DNA of 64,000 nucleotides from Candidatus Atribacteria bacterium UBA6794 (GCA_002452835.1 DKFO01000072.1:9902-73901), one strand, 5' to 3'; shown: positions 30,643 through 40,802, counted from the stretch's first letter. Notes: generated from the letters alone by a model not told the origin. Made by a program: numbers and translations.

Positions 30643-31677
30643 CTAAATCGAGACATAGGAACCATAAAAACTGCTACCTATTGCTTGAGCTATTGGTTCT
30701 AATTCTGAAATCAACTTTTCCAAGCTATCCAAATCTAAAGATTGGGCACCATCACTTAATGCCACTTCTGGATTAGTATGTACTTCAATAATTAGACCAT
30801 CTGCTCCTGCCGCGATTGCCGCTTTGGACATGGGAGCTACTAACTCTTTTCTTCCGGTCCCATGGCTTGGATCAACAATTACCGGTAAGTGACTTAATTC
30901 TTTGAGAGCAGGAATAGCACTTAAGTCCAGGGTATTACGAGTAAAACTTTCAAATGTTCGAATTCCTCTTTCGCACAATATGACCTGTTTATTCCCTTCG
31001 CTTAGAATATACTCCGCAGACAAAAGCAATTCTTCAATAGTGGCTGACATACCTCTTTTTAACATAACTGGTTTTTTAATGCGACCCACTTCTTTCAGTA
31101 ACTCAAAATTTTGCATATTTCTAGCCCCTATCTGAAATATATCGGCATAAGGTGCTACTATATCAATCTGTTCAATAGACATTACTTCGGTAATTATCGA
31201 TAAGTCATACCTTTGGGCAGCTTCACTCATGATCTTTATTCCTTTTTTACCTAACCCCTGAAAACTATAGGGAGAAGTTCTGGGTTTAAAGACTCCTCCC
31301 CTTAATATCTTGACTCCTAAACTACTTATCCTACGAGCAATTTCATTTATCTGCTCTTCGTTCTCAATGGCGCAGGGACCAGCCATAAGAACCATATTCC
31401 CCCCACCAATAGTAATATTATTGATGCTAATTGTTGTGGGGGTCTGTTGAAATTCTCTACTGGCCAGTTTATAAGGTTTTAAGACTCTGAGTGCCTCTAT
31501 TACCCCTGGATAAGAATGAAAAGGGAAAGATGCTAATTTTCTGGTATCCCCAATAATACCGATTACTATTCTTTCTTTTCCTCTACTTATCTGTAAGGTA
31601 AAACCAAGCTCTTTTAACTTATCTGTAATTCTCTTTAAATCATGGTCAGTAGAATGACCATCCATTACCAATACCAT
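30643..31677 (-). CDS. aroF: DAHP synthase type I-beta with N-terminal regulatory domain (catalytic motifs intact)
   Basis: [41 protein letters not shown]. Confidence 0.95.
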   Translation of the reverse strand: MVLVMDGHSTDHDLKRITDKLKELGFTLQISRGKERIVIGIIGDTRKLASFPFHSYPGVIEALRVLKPYKLASREFQQTPTTISINNITIGGGNMVLMAGPCAIENEEQINEIARRISSLGVKILRGGVFKPRTSPYSFQGLGKKGIKIMSEAAQRYDLSIITEVMSIEQIDIVAPYADIFQIGARNMQNFELLKEVGRIKKPVMLKRGMSATIEELLLSAEYILSEGNKQVILCERGIRTFESFTRNTLDLSAIPALKELSHLPVIVDPSHGTGRKELVAPMSKAAIAAGADGLIIEVHTNPEVALSDGAQSLDLDSLEKLISELEPIAQAIGSSFYGSYVSI

Positions 31678-31710
31678 TTTTTATCACTTCCTTTTTTCTT
31701 TATTCTTAGT

Positions 31711-32232
31711 TCACCAGATATTTTTCTCCATGATTATATTTATGATCTTATGCACTACCTCCTCCACACTTAAATTGGTGGTATCTACTTTTAGCATATA
31801 ATCTTCATAGACCCTCTTTCTTTTATTGAAAAGAAAGTTGATTTTGCTTAAACTATAATCATCTTTTAAAAGTGGTCTTTGATTTTTTTCCTGGTCTAAT
31901 CTTTTTTCAATTACCTCCGGGCTACACCAGAGGCAAATTATGATGCCATTCCTGCTTAAATATTTAATATTTTCCAAATAAATCATAGTCCCACCACCAG
32001 TAGCAATAACCTTATTTTCTTTTAAAGATAATTCTCGGGCTAATTTATTCTCTTCCTCCCTGAAATAAGTTTCACCATATCTGGAAAAAATATCGGAGAT
32101 ACTCATCCCCTGACGTTCTTCAATTACCTCATCCATATCTATATATTTCATGCCTAACTTCTGGGCTAATTGTTTGGCCACAACACTCTTCCCGGTGGCC
32201 ATAAATCCGGTAATAATAATATTCTTTTTCAT
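31711..32232 (-). CDS. aroK: Shikimate kinase
   Basis: GFMATGKS, GETYFREEE, ATGGG, RPLL. Confidence 0.95.
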   Translation of the reverse strand: MKKNIIITGFMATGKSVVAKQLAQKLGMKYIDMDEVIEERQGMSISDIFSRYGETYFREEENKLARELSLKENKVIATGGGTMIYLENIKYLSRNGIIICLWCSPEVIEKRLDQEKNQRPLLKDDYSLSKINFLFNKRKRVYEDYMLKVDTTNLSVEEVVHKIINIIMEKNIW

Positions 32233-33377
32233 AATTGTGCTATCCTCTGCCTATAGTTCTGATAATTTTCCTTAATTTCCGATAAATAATCTCCAGCAAA
32301 TTTTTCTAAGAAAGCATTCGCTATCTCCCAGGCTACTATGGCCTCTCCAATTACACTGGCAGCAGGAACAACACAAAAATCAGATCTTTGATAGGTTGCC
32401 CTGCTCTCCTTCTGAGTGGCAAAATCAACCGAACGAAGAGGATTAACTAAAGTAGGCACCGGCTTAAGGTAAGCCCTGGTCACTATTGTTTCTCCATTAG
32501 TTACTCCACCTTCCAACCCCCCGGCTCGATTAGTTTTTCGGTAATATGGTGATAAACTGTTTTCTGAGCCCTTACTAATAAATATCTCATCATGCACTTT
32601 GGAACCCTTCCTTTGCGAGGCTTTTATTCCCTCACCTATTTCTACTGCCTTTACCCCTGGAATACTCATCAAAGCTGAAGCCAAGCGAGCATCCAGACGC
32701 CTATCCCACTGCACATAGCTTCCCAAACCAGGGGGGACTCCAGTAGCTATCACCTCAAAAACCCCGCCTAAGGTATCTCCTTCCTGGCGGACCTGGTCAA
32801 TTTCTCGACACATATCCCGGGAGGCTAATTCATCTGGACAATACACTGCTGAGGAGTTAATTTCAGATTCATTTTTTGGTTGGTAAGAGGTAATACTCCG
32901 CCCTTCAATTTGACCAATCCTTAACACATAACCTAAAACGGTTAACTTAAATTCTGCTAAAAATTGTTGGGCTACTGAACCTATAGCAACTCTCATGGCA
33001 GTCTGTCGAGCACTGGCTCTTTCTAACACCTCTCTTAAATCGGTAAACCCATATTTAATAGCACCGGCAAAATCGGCATGGCCTGGTCTGGGAATAGTTA
33101 TAGGGGGTATTTTCTTCTCTGTCCAATTTTGCCAATCTTTGTTTTTTATCATAAGACTGAGTGGGCTACCGATAGTCTTCCTCTCAACCAATCCCGATAA
33201 TATCTCCACTTGATCCAGCTCGATCTTCATCCTTTCCCCCCGACCATAACCACCCTGGCGTCTTTGCAAATTTAGATTAATCAATTCTTTACTTATGGTA
33301 AGACCAGCTGGTAATCCTTCTATAATTCCTAACAAACAAGGGCCATGTGATTCTCCTGCCTCCAAAAATCTTAACAT
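32229..33377 (-). CDS. aroC: Chorismate synthase
   Basis: AGESHG, RRQGGYGRG, PRPGHAD, ERASARQT, RSD.CVVP. Confidence 0.97.
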   Translation of the reverse strand: MLRFLEAGESHGPCLLGIIEGLPAGLTISKELINLNLQRRQGGYGRGERMKIELDQVEILSGLVERKTIGSPLSLMIKNKDWQNWTEKKIPPITIPRPGHADFAGAIKYGFTDLREVLERASARQTAMRVAIGSVAQQFLAEFKLTVLGYVLRIGQIEGRSITSYQPKNESEINSSAVYCPDELASRDMCREIDQVRQEGDTLGGVFEVIATGVPPGLGSYVQWDRRLDARLASALMSIPGVKAVEIGEGIKASQRKGSKVHDEIFISKGSENSLSPYYRKTNRAGGLEGGVTNGETIVTRAYLKPVPTLVNPLRSVDFATQKESRATYQRSDFCVVPAASVIGEAIVAWEIANAFLEKFAGDYLSEIKENYQNYRQRIAQL

Positions 33378-33482
33378 TTATACCATTTTCCTCCTCTTTT
33401 ACCTTTGAACTATCTTTACTATTGACTTTGTAGTTTTACCACTCCTTAAATTTTATTAATTTAGAGATAATCATTTAATTTA

Positions 33483-34772
33483 TTAGTCACTAATTACCTT
33501 TCCTAAGATAGTCTCAAACCCGGGGAAAGAAATCTCTATACACTCTGAATTCTCAATTACTGTTCTACCTCGAGCTAATAAAGCCGCAACAGCCAGAGAC
33601 ATAGCAATACGATGATCATCATAACTGGAGCATACTGCCCCCTGTAAATCAGTAGGACCATTTACTAAAAAACCATCCCCTTTTTCGGTGATATCAGCAC
33701 CCATCTTTTTTAACTCACTAACGATAGCCTTTATGCGATCAGTCTCTTTTACCCTTAGTTCCCTTGCTCCCCTTACTATTGTTTTACCCTCAGCCTGGGT
33801 TGCTACCACCGCCAGCAGAGGTAATTCATCAATAATGAAGGGTATTACTTCTTCATTAATCTCCACTCCCTTTATTTTTGAATAGGCAATCTTTAAATCT
33901 GCTCTTGGCTCATTTGATTTTATCTCATAATTGGACCATTCGATTTTAGCACCCATCTTTTTTAATATTTCCAGTAGACCAGTTCGGGTAGGATTCACAC
34001 CTACCTGTTTAATAATAATCTGGGAATCCTTTAATATACTGGCAGCGGCTATAAAATAAGCAGCAGAAGAAAGGTCTCCAGGGATAAAAATATCAGTACT
34101 GTTCAGTTCTGGGCCACCCTTTATGCTAATTTCAAGAGAAGCTTTTTTTATATCAGCCTGCATAAGCTCTAACATCCTCTCAGTATGATCTCGAGAAGGT
34201 AAAGTTTCTTTAATAATGGTCTGGTCAGGGGCATAAATTCCAGCCAATAAAAGAGCAGATTTTACCTGGGCACTGGCAACTGGTAGAGTATACTGGATGC
34301 CCTGAAGCCTTCTCCCTTTGATAGACAAAGGAGCAAAATTATCATCTACCCTTCCCCAGATTTCAGCTCCCATCAACCGAAGCGGCTCTATTACCCTTTT
34401 CATTGGTCTTTTCTTAATAGAGCTATCACCATCCAAAACTGAATAAAAATTCTGGGCACTGAGTAAACCAGTTAAAAGGCGAATGGTAGTTCCAGAATTG
34501 CCCACCTCTAATATAACTTCTGACTCCTCTAATCCAGCTAATCCTTTCCCTTTTATTTTTATAAAGTTATCTTCTATTAATTCTATTTCCACACCTAAGT
34601 TTTGCAGACACTCTAAAGTTTTCAGACAATCCAGAGAATTCAAAAAATTATATATGCGAGTCTCTCCCTGAGCAATAGACCCTAAAATTAAAGAACGATG
34701 TGAGATTGATTTATCTCCAGGAACGAGAATATCTCCGGTTATTTTTTTAACTTGTTGTAACGTAAGTTGCAT
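33483..34772 (-). CDS. aroA: 3-phosphoshikimate 1-carboxyvinyltransferase (EPSP synthase)
   Basis: PGDKSISHR, GNSGTT, SAQVKSA, RDHTE, RVKETDR, DDHRIAM. Confidence 0.97.
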   Translation of the reverse strand: MQLTLQQVKKITGDILVPGDKSISHRSLILGSIAQGETRIYNFLNSLDCLKTLECLQNLGVEIELIEDNFIKIKGKGLAGLEESEVILEVGNSGTTIRLLTGLLSAQNFYSVLDGDSSIKKRPMKRVIEPLRLMGAEIWGRVDDNFAPLSIKGRRLQGIQYTLPVASAQVKSALLLAGIYAPDQTIIKETLPSRDHTERMLELMQADIKKASLEISIKGGPELNSTDIFIPGDLSSAAYFIAAASILKDSQIIIKQVGVNPTRTGLLEILKKMGAKIEWSNYEIKSNEPRADLKIAYSKIKGVEINEEVIPFIIDELPLLAVVATQAEGKTIVRGARELRVKETDRIKAIVSELKKMGADITEKGDGFLVNGPTDLQGAVCSSYDDHRIAMSLAVAALLARGRTVIENSECIEISFPGFETILGKVISD

Positions 34773-34803
34773 TTAATTTTTCATCCTTTCTCAATTTTCT
34801 AAA

Positions 34804-35835
34804 CTAATCAGGGGAAACCTGACTTATTTCTCGTCCTACTGCCTGAACCAGGGGGACTAATTCTTTCATCAGCTGAGCAAAGGTCTCTACTTTTAAAGTT
34901 TGAGCTCCATCACTGAGTGAGCTTTCTGGATCTGGATGAACTTCAATAATTAATCCATCGGCTCCCACCGCTACAGCAGCTTTAGCCAATGGGCTAACCA
35001 ATTTCCATTTACCGGTGGCATGGCTGGGATCCACTATTACTGGTAAGTGGCTCAACATCTTCAAGGCTGGTACGGCACTCAAATCCAGGGTATGAAGGGT
35101 GTAGTTTTCAAAAGTACGAATCCCCCTTTCGCACAATATTACTTCCTGATTTCCTTGAGAAAAAATATATTCGGCTGATATTAACAATTCCTCTATGGTA
35201 GCTGATATTCCTCTTTTTAAGAGTACTGGTTTTTTAATTTTGCCTAATTCTTTTAGTAAGACAAAATTCTGCATATTGCGGGCTCCTACCTGTAATATAT
35301 CTGCATACTGGCTAACCAGATCTACCTGTTCCACTGACATAACCTCAGTCACTACTAAAAGACCGGTCTCTTTGCTAGCCTGAGCTAATAATTTTAATCT
35401 TTCTTCATCCAATCCCGGAAAGCCGTAAGGAGAAGTAAGGGATTGAAAAGCACCTCCCCTTAATATCTTTGCTCCTGACGATTTGACCTGACGAGCAGTT
35501 TCCAATATTTGTTGTTCGTTCTCTACCATAGAAGGTCCCGCTATTATCACTACTTCTTTCCCTCCAATAGTGACCTCTTTTACCTTAATTACTGTATCCG
35601 AAATATTAAATTCTCTACTGACCAATTTGTAAGGTTTTAAGATGGGAATAATTTTTTCTACCCCTTGAAAGGCATACAATGGCACCAAAGAAAGATTGCC
35701 AACCTCACCTATCACACCTATGACGATCCGTTCTTCACCATGAGATATATGAACCTGATGTCCCATTTCCTTTAACTTCTCTATCACTTTTTCCACATCA
35801 GCTTTATCGGTTTTGCCATTCATGACAATAATCAT
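34804..35835 (-). CDS. DAHP synthase I-beta paralog with degenerate active site (candidate pseudoenzyme)
   Basis: Full-length AroF homolog, but AGPS replaces AGPC and FQSLTS replaces FKPRTS; ATG at 35835 fits the GAGGAG RBS. Confidence 0.88.
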   Translation of the reverse strand: MIIVMNGKTDKADVEKVIEKLKEMGHQVHISHGEERIVIGVIGEVGNLSLVPLYAFQGVEKIIPILKPYKLVSREFNISDTVIKVKEVTIGGKEVVIIAGPSMVENEQQILETARQVKSSGAKILRGGAFQSLTSPYGFPGLDEERLKLLAQASKETGLLVVTEVMSVEQVDLVSQYADILQVGARNMQNFVLLKELGKIKKPVLLKRGISATIEELLISAEYIFSQGNQEVILCERGIRTFENYTLHTLDLSAVPALKMLSHLPVIVDPSHATGKWKLVSPLAKAAVAVGADGLIIEVHPDPESSLSDGAQTLKVETFAQLMKELVPLVQAVGREISQVSPD

Positions 35836-35837
35836 AT

Positions 35838-36230
35838 TCACTCACTCCTCTTTGAAATTTCAGAAATATCTTCCCTCAAATCTGCTCTTAAAACTTGGGA
35901 TTCCCTTAAATAGCAATGTTTGATTTCTAATTGACTTTTTTGACTGTTGATAAGAATTAAGATACGAATGCATTGGGGCAAACTTCCCACTACAGGAATT
36001 TCCTGGGTATCAAAAAGAGGGACCATTCTCCAACCCAGCTGGCGGGCTGCCTCGGCTGGAAAGGCAGCATTTAAATCAGGGGTCATGCTAAAGAAGATAC
36101 TCACTATATCAGTAGTATTAAACTGATTTTCTTTCTGCATAGCAAGCAATAATTCTTTGGTCCCCTCCAGAATAGACTCTTTACTATTTGCTTCTACCGT
36201 GATTGCTCCTCTTATTCCTCTAACCGTCAT
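35838..36230 (-). CDS. aroH: Chorismate mutase, AroH class
   Basis: VRGIRGAIT, TPDLNAAFPAEAAR, CIRILI, HCYL...LRADL. Confidence 0.95.
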   Translation of the reverse strand: MTVRGIRGAITVEANSKESILEGTKELLLAMQKENQFNTTDIVSIFFSMTPDLNAAFPAEAARQLGWRMVPLFDTQEIPVVGSLPQCIRILILINSQKSQLEIKHCYLRESQVLRADLREDISEISKRSE

Positions 36231-36321
36231 AATCTTAACCTCTTTACTTTAGTTATTTTATTGATTTTTCTTTTCCCAATTTACATTTATGATAAATTTA
36301 TAAAAAGAAATACAAGAAAAT

Positions 36322-36361
36322 AAAAAAAGGACTACCGGTATATAAAAACCTATAGTCCTTT
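36322..36361 (-). terminator. Intrinsic attenuator terminator in the aro operon leader
   Basis: Minus strand AAAGGACTA...TAGTCCTTT stem running into a 7-U tract, upstream of aroH. Confidence 0.85.
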
Positions 36362-36451
36362 ATATATGTTTATATATAAAGATACCATAGGCATCTTCGA
36401 TGTTTATGCCTATGGTATCTTATTTATTTTCTATTTAGATTGACGATTAAA

Positions 36452-36544
36452 TCATGATACTAAGGCATAAACATCGCCAATAAAATAGAAATAATAATAT
36501 AAGTTAAAACTAATATTTATTTCTTGGCTCTGTTTCCTTAGCAT
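36452..36544 (-). CDS. Tyr/Phe-rich attenuation leader peptide (30 aa), absent from ORF track
   Basis: MLRKQSQEINISFNLYYYFYFIGDVYALVS*; GAGGT RBS upstream; lies between promoter and terminator of the aro operon. Confidence 0.88.
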   Translation of the reverse strand: MLRKQSQEINISFNLYYYFYFIGDVYALVS

Positions 36545-36578
36545 CTTAAATAGATACCTCTTCCTTTTATTTTTACAA

Positions 36579-36607
36579 AATCTATCATAAATCTTTACTC
36601 ATGTCAA
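36579..36607 (-). promoter_or_regulatory. Sigma70-type promoter of the aro leader
   Basis: Minus strand TTGACA-17 bp-TAGATT with extended TG. Confidence 0.7.
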
Positions 36608-36890
36608 TAGCAAATTAAATATTTGTACAATAATATTTCCCAAAAATAAAATTTATCAAACTAATATTTGACAAACTTAATCCTTATTGAGTAGCTATAA
36701 ACTAATACTCTTCGCACTCTTAGAAGGTCTTTTTATTGCATCAATAATCCGAAGTGTTTTTGGAGCGTCAAAAGATTTTATCTTCTTAAAAGACTATGTC
36801 AGCCTGTGGTTTTTTGCCAACCCATAAAACTTGGGCTTCGACGATTTCTACTAATTCACCTCCTTCTTGTTCAGTCTCACCACTCTTACC

Positions 36891-37715
36891 TTATCTTAAA
36901 TTCAGCCGATAAAGTAGTCCTTCTAAATATTGAATACTCTCTAAAGCTACTCTATTCGATTCCTCAATCGGGGTAGTCAATTCTACCTCTACAGAGAGAT
37001 AGCCCTCATACCCTACTCTTTCTAAAGCCCTAATGATCCCCTCACCATCTACCTTACCACCACTGCCAGGTACAAAGTGACAATGGATATGGTCAAAGAT
37101 ATCTTCCATATGAATATGGAAAATCTTTTTACCTAATTTCCTTATAACCAAAAAGGGGTTCTCGCTCATTACATACATATGCCCTATATCCAGTAAAATG
37201 CCAAAATTATCAGCAGTTACCTCATTCAGGATCCTTTCCATATCCTTCAAGGTACTGATAAGCCGAGGATAGCTTCTACCTATTCTCCCGGCGGCAAAAC
37301 CGGTAGCCGGGGGTTCCGCTTCGGTAGCTACCTTTATGTCTTTATCAGCCGCATATTTTGCTAACTCCTTAAACCCGGCTATTACTTTCTTCCAGTTTTC
37401 TTCGTCTTCTCCCTCGTTTACCAGGTCGAGACCAGGACCGATATTGACGACAGAAGAACCCAGGTCAGAGGCCAGGTCTATTCTCTCTTTTGCAAAATCT
37501 ACATCCATGGTAGGAGTCCCTCCCTGGACCGCAGAGACTTTAAGATTAAGGGAGTTGAGCTGGGTAAGTAATTTGGTACGACTTTGCTTATCCAGTTCAT
37601 GAACCGGGTGGGTACGAGCGATCTCCACCCCCTCATATCCTAAACGAGAAACGTGCTTAATCACCTCTGCAAAGGAATGTTTACTATAAGCATTGGAAAC
37701 AATGGATAATTTCAT
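36891..37715 (-). CDS. Sugar phosphate isomerase/epimerase (xylose-isomerase-like TIM barrel)
   Basis: GYEGVEI, EAEP, LLDIGH, HIHMED, GYEGYLSVE. Confidence 0.88.
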   Translation of the reverse strand: MKLSIVSNAYSKHSFAEVIKHVSRLGYEGVEIARTHPVHELDKQSRTKLLTQLNSLNLKVSAVQGGTPTMDVDFAKERIDLASDLGSSVVNIGPGLDLVNEGEDEENWKKVIAGFKELAKYAADKDIKVATEAEPPATGFAAGRIGRSYPRLISTLKDMERILNEVTADNFGILLDIGHMYVMSENPFLVIRKLGKKIFHIHMEDIFDHIHCHFVPGSGGKVDGEGIIRALERVGYEGYLSVEVELTTPIEESNRVALESIQYLEGLLYRLNLR

Positions 37716-37756
37716 TATTTTAATTCTCCTCTAATTATTATTTAAAAAATTCTTTT

Positions 37757-38788
37757 CTAATTTTCAAAGATAATGGCTCCTTCGCTTCCTTCTTTAAAGA
37801 CTCGGATAGCCTCTTCTGCTTGATCTAAGGAAAAACTTCGGGTAATAACTGGTTCGGCCAGGACCTTCCCAATTTCTAACCAGCGAATTGCCCTTAAGAA
37901 ATGTTTGGTCAAAAGGGCTACATCTCCACAAATAGTTAACCCCTTTCTAATTACCTGAATTGGGGCAATAGTCGCTTCGGGATAAAGACCGAAGGCCGAA
38001 ATTCGTCCTTTAGGAGCAGCTAACTCAATAGCCAGAGAAAAACACTCCGGAGAATGGGCAGTTTCAATAACAATATCTACTCCTCTTCCTCCGGTTAAAT
38101 CCATAACCTCCTTTAGTGGATCTTCTTTGCTGGCATTGATAATGGCCTTTGCTCCTAATTTTTCAGCAATTTCAAATCTCTTTTTATCCCTATCCAGACC
38201 TATTACCAAAATCTCGGTAACTCCTGAGGCCAGTAAAGCCTGCAGGTGAAAAAGTCCAATTTTCCCAGGCCCAATAATAGCTGCTGTTTCACCCAAAGCG
38301 GGTTTGATATTGGCTAAGGACCTGACTGTTAAGCCCATGGGCTCCAGGCAGGAAGCATTTCTAAAGGAAATATGGTCAGGTAATTTATGAACTAAATCTT
38401 GGGGAACAAGAATATATTCAGCAAAGGTACCATTACCGGTAAGACCTAAATGCTCCCAATACTGACACATATTCTTATTTCCCAATTTACAATCGAGGCA
38501 TTGTCCACAACCCTGTAATGCCTCAAAAGCTACCCGGTCGCCCACCTTAAAACCTTGTACTTCCTTACCAATATCAGCAATAATACCGACTCCTTCATGA
38601 CCAGGAATAATGGGGATAGGGACTGGCTTCTTCCCTTTGTATTTGTTTTCTAAAAGTGAGATATCGGTACCACAGATGGCACTGGCTTTCATCTGCACCA
38701 GGACCTCACCTGAGCCAACCTTGGGTATTTCAACCTCCCTAACTTCATAGGCGTTAGGTGCTTCACTAAATTTTACTAATGCTTTCAT
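37757..38788 (-). CDS. Zinc-dependent alcohol dehydrogenase (threonine/sorbitol dehydrogenase-like)
   Basis: AICGTD, GHEGVG, CGQCLDC..G..NMC, GPGKIG. Confidence 0.92.
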   Translation of the reverse strand: MKALVKFSEAPNAYEVREVEIPKVGSGEVLVQMKASAICGTDISLLENKYKGKKPVPIPIIPGHEGVGIIADIGKEVQGFKVGDRVAFEALQGCGQCLDCKLGNKNMCQYWEHLGLTGNGTFAEYILVPQDLVHKLPDHISFRNASCLEPMGLTVRSLANIKPALGETAAIIGPGKIGLFHLQALLASGVTEILVIGLDRDKKRFEIAEKLGAKAIINASKEDPLKEVMDLTGGRGVDIVIETAHSPECFSLAIELAAPKGRISAFGLYPEATIAPIQVIRKGLTICGDVALLTKHFLRAIRWLEIGKVLAEPVITRSFSLDQAEEAIRVFKEGSEGAIIFEN

Positions 38789-38834
38789 AAACTCTCCTCC
38801 CTAAAATTTTCAAAGTAAAGTTATAATTTTGGAA

Positions 38835-40115
38835 TTATCTTATATAACCCAATATTTTAGGTAACCATAAGGTTAGAAAAGGCCAATAAGTAACTATTAA
38901 CAGTGTTACTATCTCGGCAATTAAAAATGGAATAACCGCTCTCGATATTCTTTCTAAAGAAATTTTGGCAATACCACTGGCAACATATAAACATAACCCC
39001 ACTGGTGGGGTAATTAATCCTATCATTAAATTTAATACTACAATCACCCCAAACATGACCGGATGAACTCCATAAGAAACGGCAATTGGTAAAAAAAGAG
39101 GAACTGTAATAATCATGGCTGCCGTCCCTTCCATAAAGGTTCCTAAAAATAAAAGCATAATATTTAAAACCAATAGAAACATAATGGGACTGGAAATATG
39201 TTCTTTAAAAATGTTTGCCATCAATTGTGGTACCTGCTCTACGGATAAAAGCCAGTTAAAGATATTGGCACAGGCTATAACTAAAAAAACAACACCGGTA
39301 GTTTTGGCAGTAGCAACAAAAACATTATATAAATCTTTCAACTTTAGATTATGATATACTAAAAATCCAATGATTAAGGAATAAACTACCGCTATAGCAG
39401 AGGCTTCTGTTGCTGTAAATACACCAGATAGGATTCCGCCTAAAATAATTAAAGGCATCAACAATGGCACAATAGCATTGAGACAAGAGCTGATAAAGTC
39501 CTTAAATCCTATTTTCTCCTCTCTTTTTGGATAATTTTTTTTCACAGAAATAATATAGGAAACTACTAATAACGATAATCCTAATAATATGCCCGGGAGA
39601 AATCCTGCTAAAAATAAGGCAGCTACCGATTGACCGGATAATAAAGCAAAGATTACCATCGGTATACTGGGAGGAATAATAGGCCCTACCACAGAAGATG
39701 AGGCTGTAACAGCGGCACTAAAATCATCATCAAAGCCCTTTTCTTTCATAGCAGGAATTAACATGGAACCAATAGCTGAAGTATCAGCAACCGCTGAACC
39801 AGTTATACCGGCAAAGAACATACTGGCAACAATATTAATATGTGATAAACCACCTTTGATATGACCTACAAAAAGGTCAGAAAACTTTACTAATTTAGAA
39901 GTTATCCCCGATTTATTCATTAACTCTCCGGCCAGGATAAAGAAAGGAATGGCCATAAAGGGGAATGAATCAATACCGGTAAACATCCTCTGGGCAATGA
40001 CTAAAAGAGGAATATTTTTCAAATATAATATGGCTATACTGGCAATCCCCAGACAAAAGGCAATGGGAACTCCAATTGCCAGACAAGCTATAAAAACTAA
40101 AACACCAATGGTCAT
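38835..40115 (-). CDS. dctM: TRAP transporter large permease
   Basis: AIPFFILAGELM, GSAVAD, IIPPSIP, GLITPPVG. Confidence 0.93.
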   Translation of the reverse strand: MTIGVLVFIACLAIGVPIAFCLGIASIAILYLKNIPLLVIAQRMFTGIDSFPFMAIPFFILAGELMNKSGITSKLVKFSDLFVGHIKGGLSHINIVASMFFAGITGSAVADTSAIGSMLIPAMKEKGFDDDFSAAVTASSSVVGPIIPPSIPMVIFALLSGQSVAALFLAGFLPGILLGLSLLVVSYIISVKKNYPKREEKIGFKDFISSCLNAIVPLLMPLIILGGILSGVFTATEASAIAVVYSLIIGFLVYHNLKLKDLYNVFVATAKTTGVVFLVIACANIFNWLLSVEQVPQLMANIFKEHISSPIMFLLVLNIMLLFLGTFMEGTAAMIITVPLFLPIAVSYGVHPVMFGVIVVLNLMIGLITPPVGLCLYVASGIAKISLERISRAVIPFLIAEIVTLLIVTYWPFLTLWLPKILGYIR

Positions 40116-40188
40116 TTATTTTCTCCTAAATTTCTTTAGTAATAATTATTTACTTTATTATGCTGATTATTTGTTTGATAGTGGCTAA

Positions 40189-40683
40189 CTACTCTTTAAA
40201 AATTGCACTAACGTTAGCACAAAGTAAAGAAATTACTTCGATTGCCATTAATATTGAACCAAAAGTTACCGCTAAATATGGGTAAATCATTGGTATTCCT
40301 AAGGCAGGTGATATTTGAATTTTTACCACTCTTAATACATTCAACGATTGAAAAAAAAGGGTCACTAAAAAGAAGAGGACCAATAGATAGGAAATTATTT
40401 TTATAAAACTACGGATGGGTATGGGAAAAAGATTTAACACAAAACTTACGTTAACATGTTCCTCATCCCGAAAGGCTATAGCCATACCAATAAAAGCAAA
40501 CCAAATCATTAAATATCTTGCCATCTCTTCCGTCCAGGGTAACGAGTTATTTAATACATAGCGGAAAAAAACACCTATTGCTACATTACTAACCATTATC
40601 GCTAATAAAACAAATACCATATTTTGTTCCATAATCTTAACTATGCGATAGATATTTCTTATTAATTTTGAAAACATAATCAT
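40189..40683 (-). CDS. dctQ: TRAP transporter small permease
   Basis: FRYVLN.SLPWTEEMARYLMIW, HVNV, SPALGIP. Confidence 0.92.
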   Translation of the reverse strand: MIMFSKLIRNIYRIVKIMEQNMVFVLLAIMVSNVAIGVFFRYVLNNSLPWTEEMARYLMIWFAFIGMAIAFRDEEHVNVSFVLNLFPIPIRSFIKIISYLLVLFFLVTLFFQSLNVLRVVKIQISPALGIPMIYPYLAVTFGSILMAIEVISLLCANVSAIFKE

Positions 40684-40802
40684 TTTACCTGTTTTTATTT
40701 TTTACTTTGGTAGGCAGATGCCCTACCTAATTTTTATGGAAGCGATGTAATGAGATAGGGCATCTACTTTTTTTCTTTATTTCGCTGGTTAAAAACTAAT
40801 TC

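Noticed and set aside
36240..36600. T-box riboswitch ahead of the aro operon
   Set aside because: No AAnnnGGGTGGnACC T-box motif seen; the leader peptide and pairing segments explain the region
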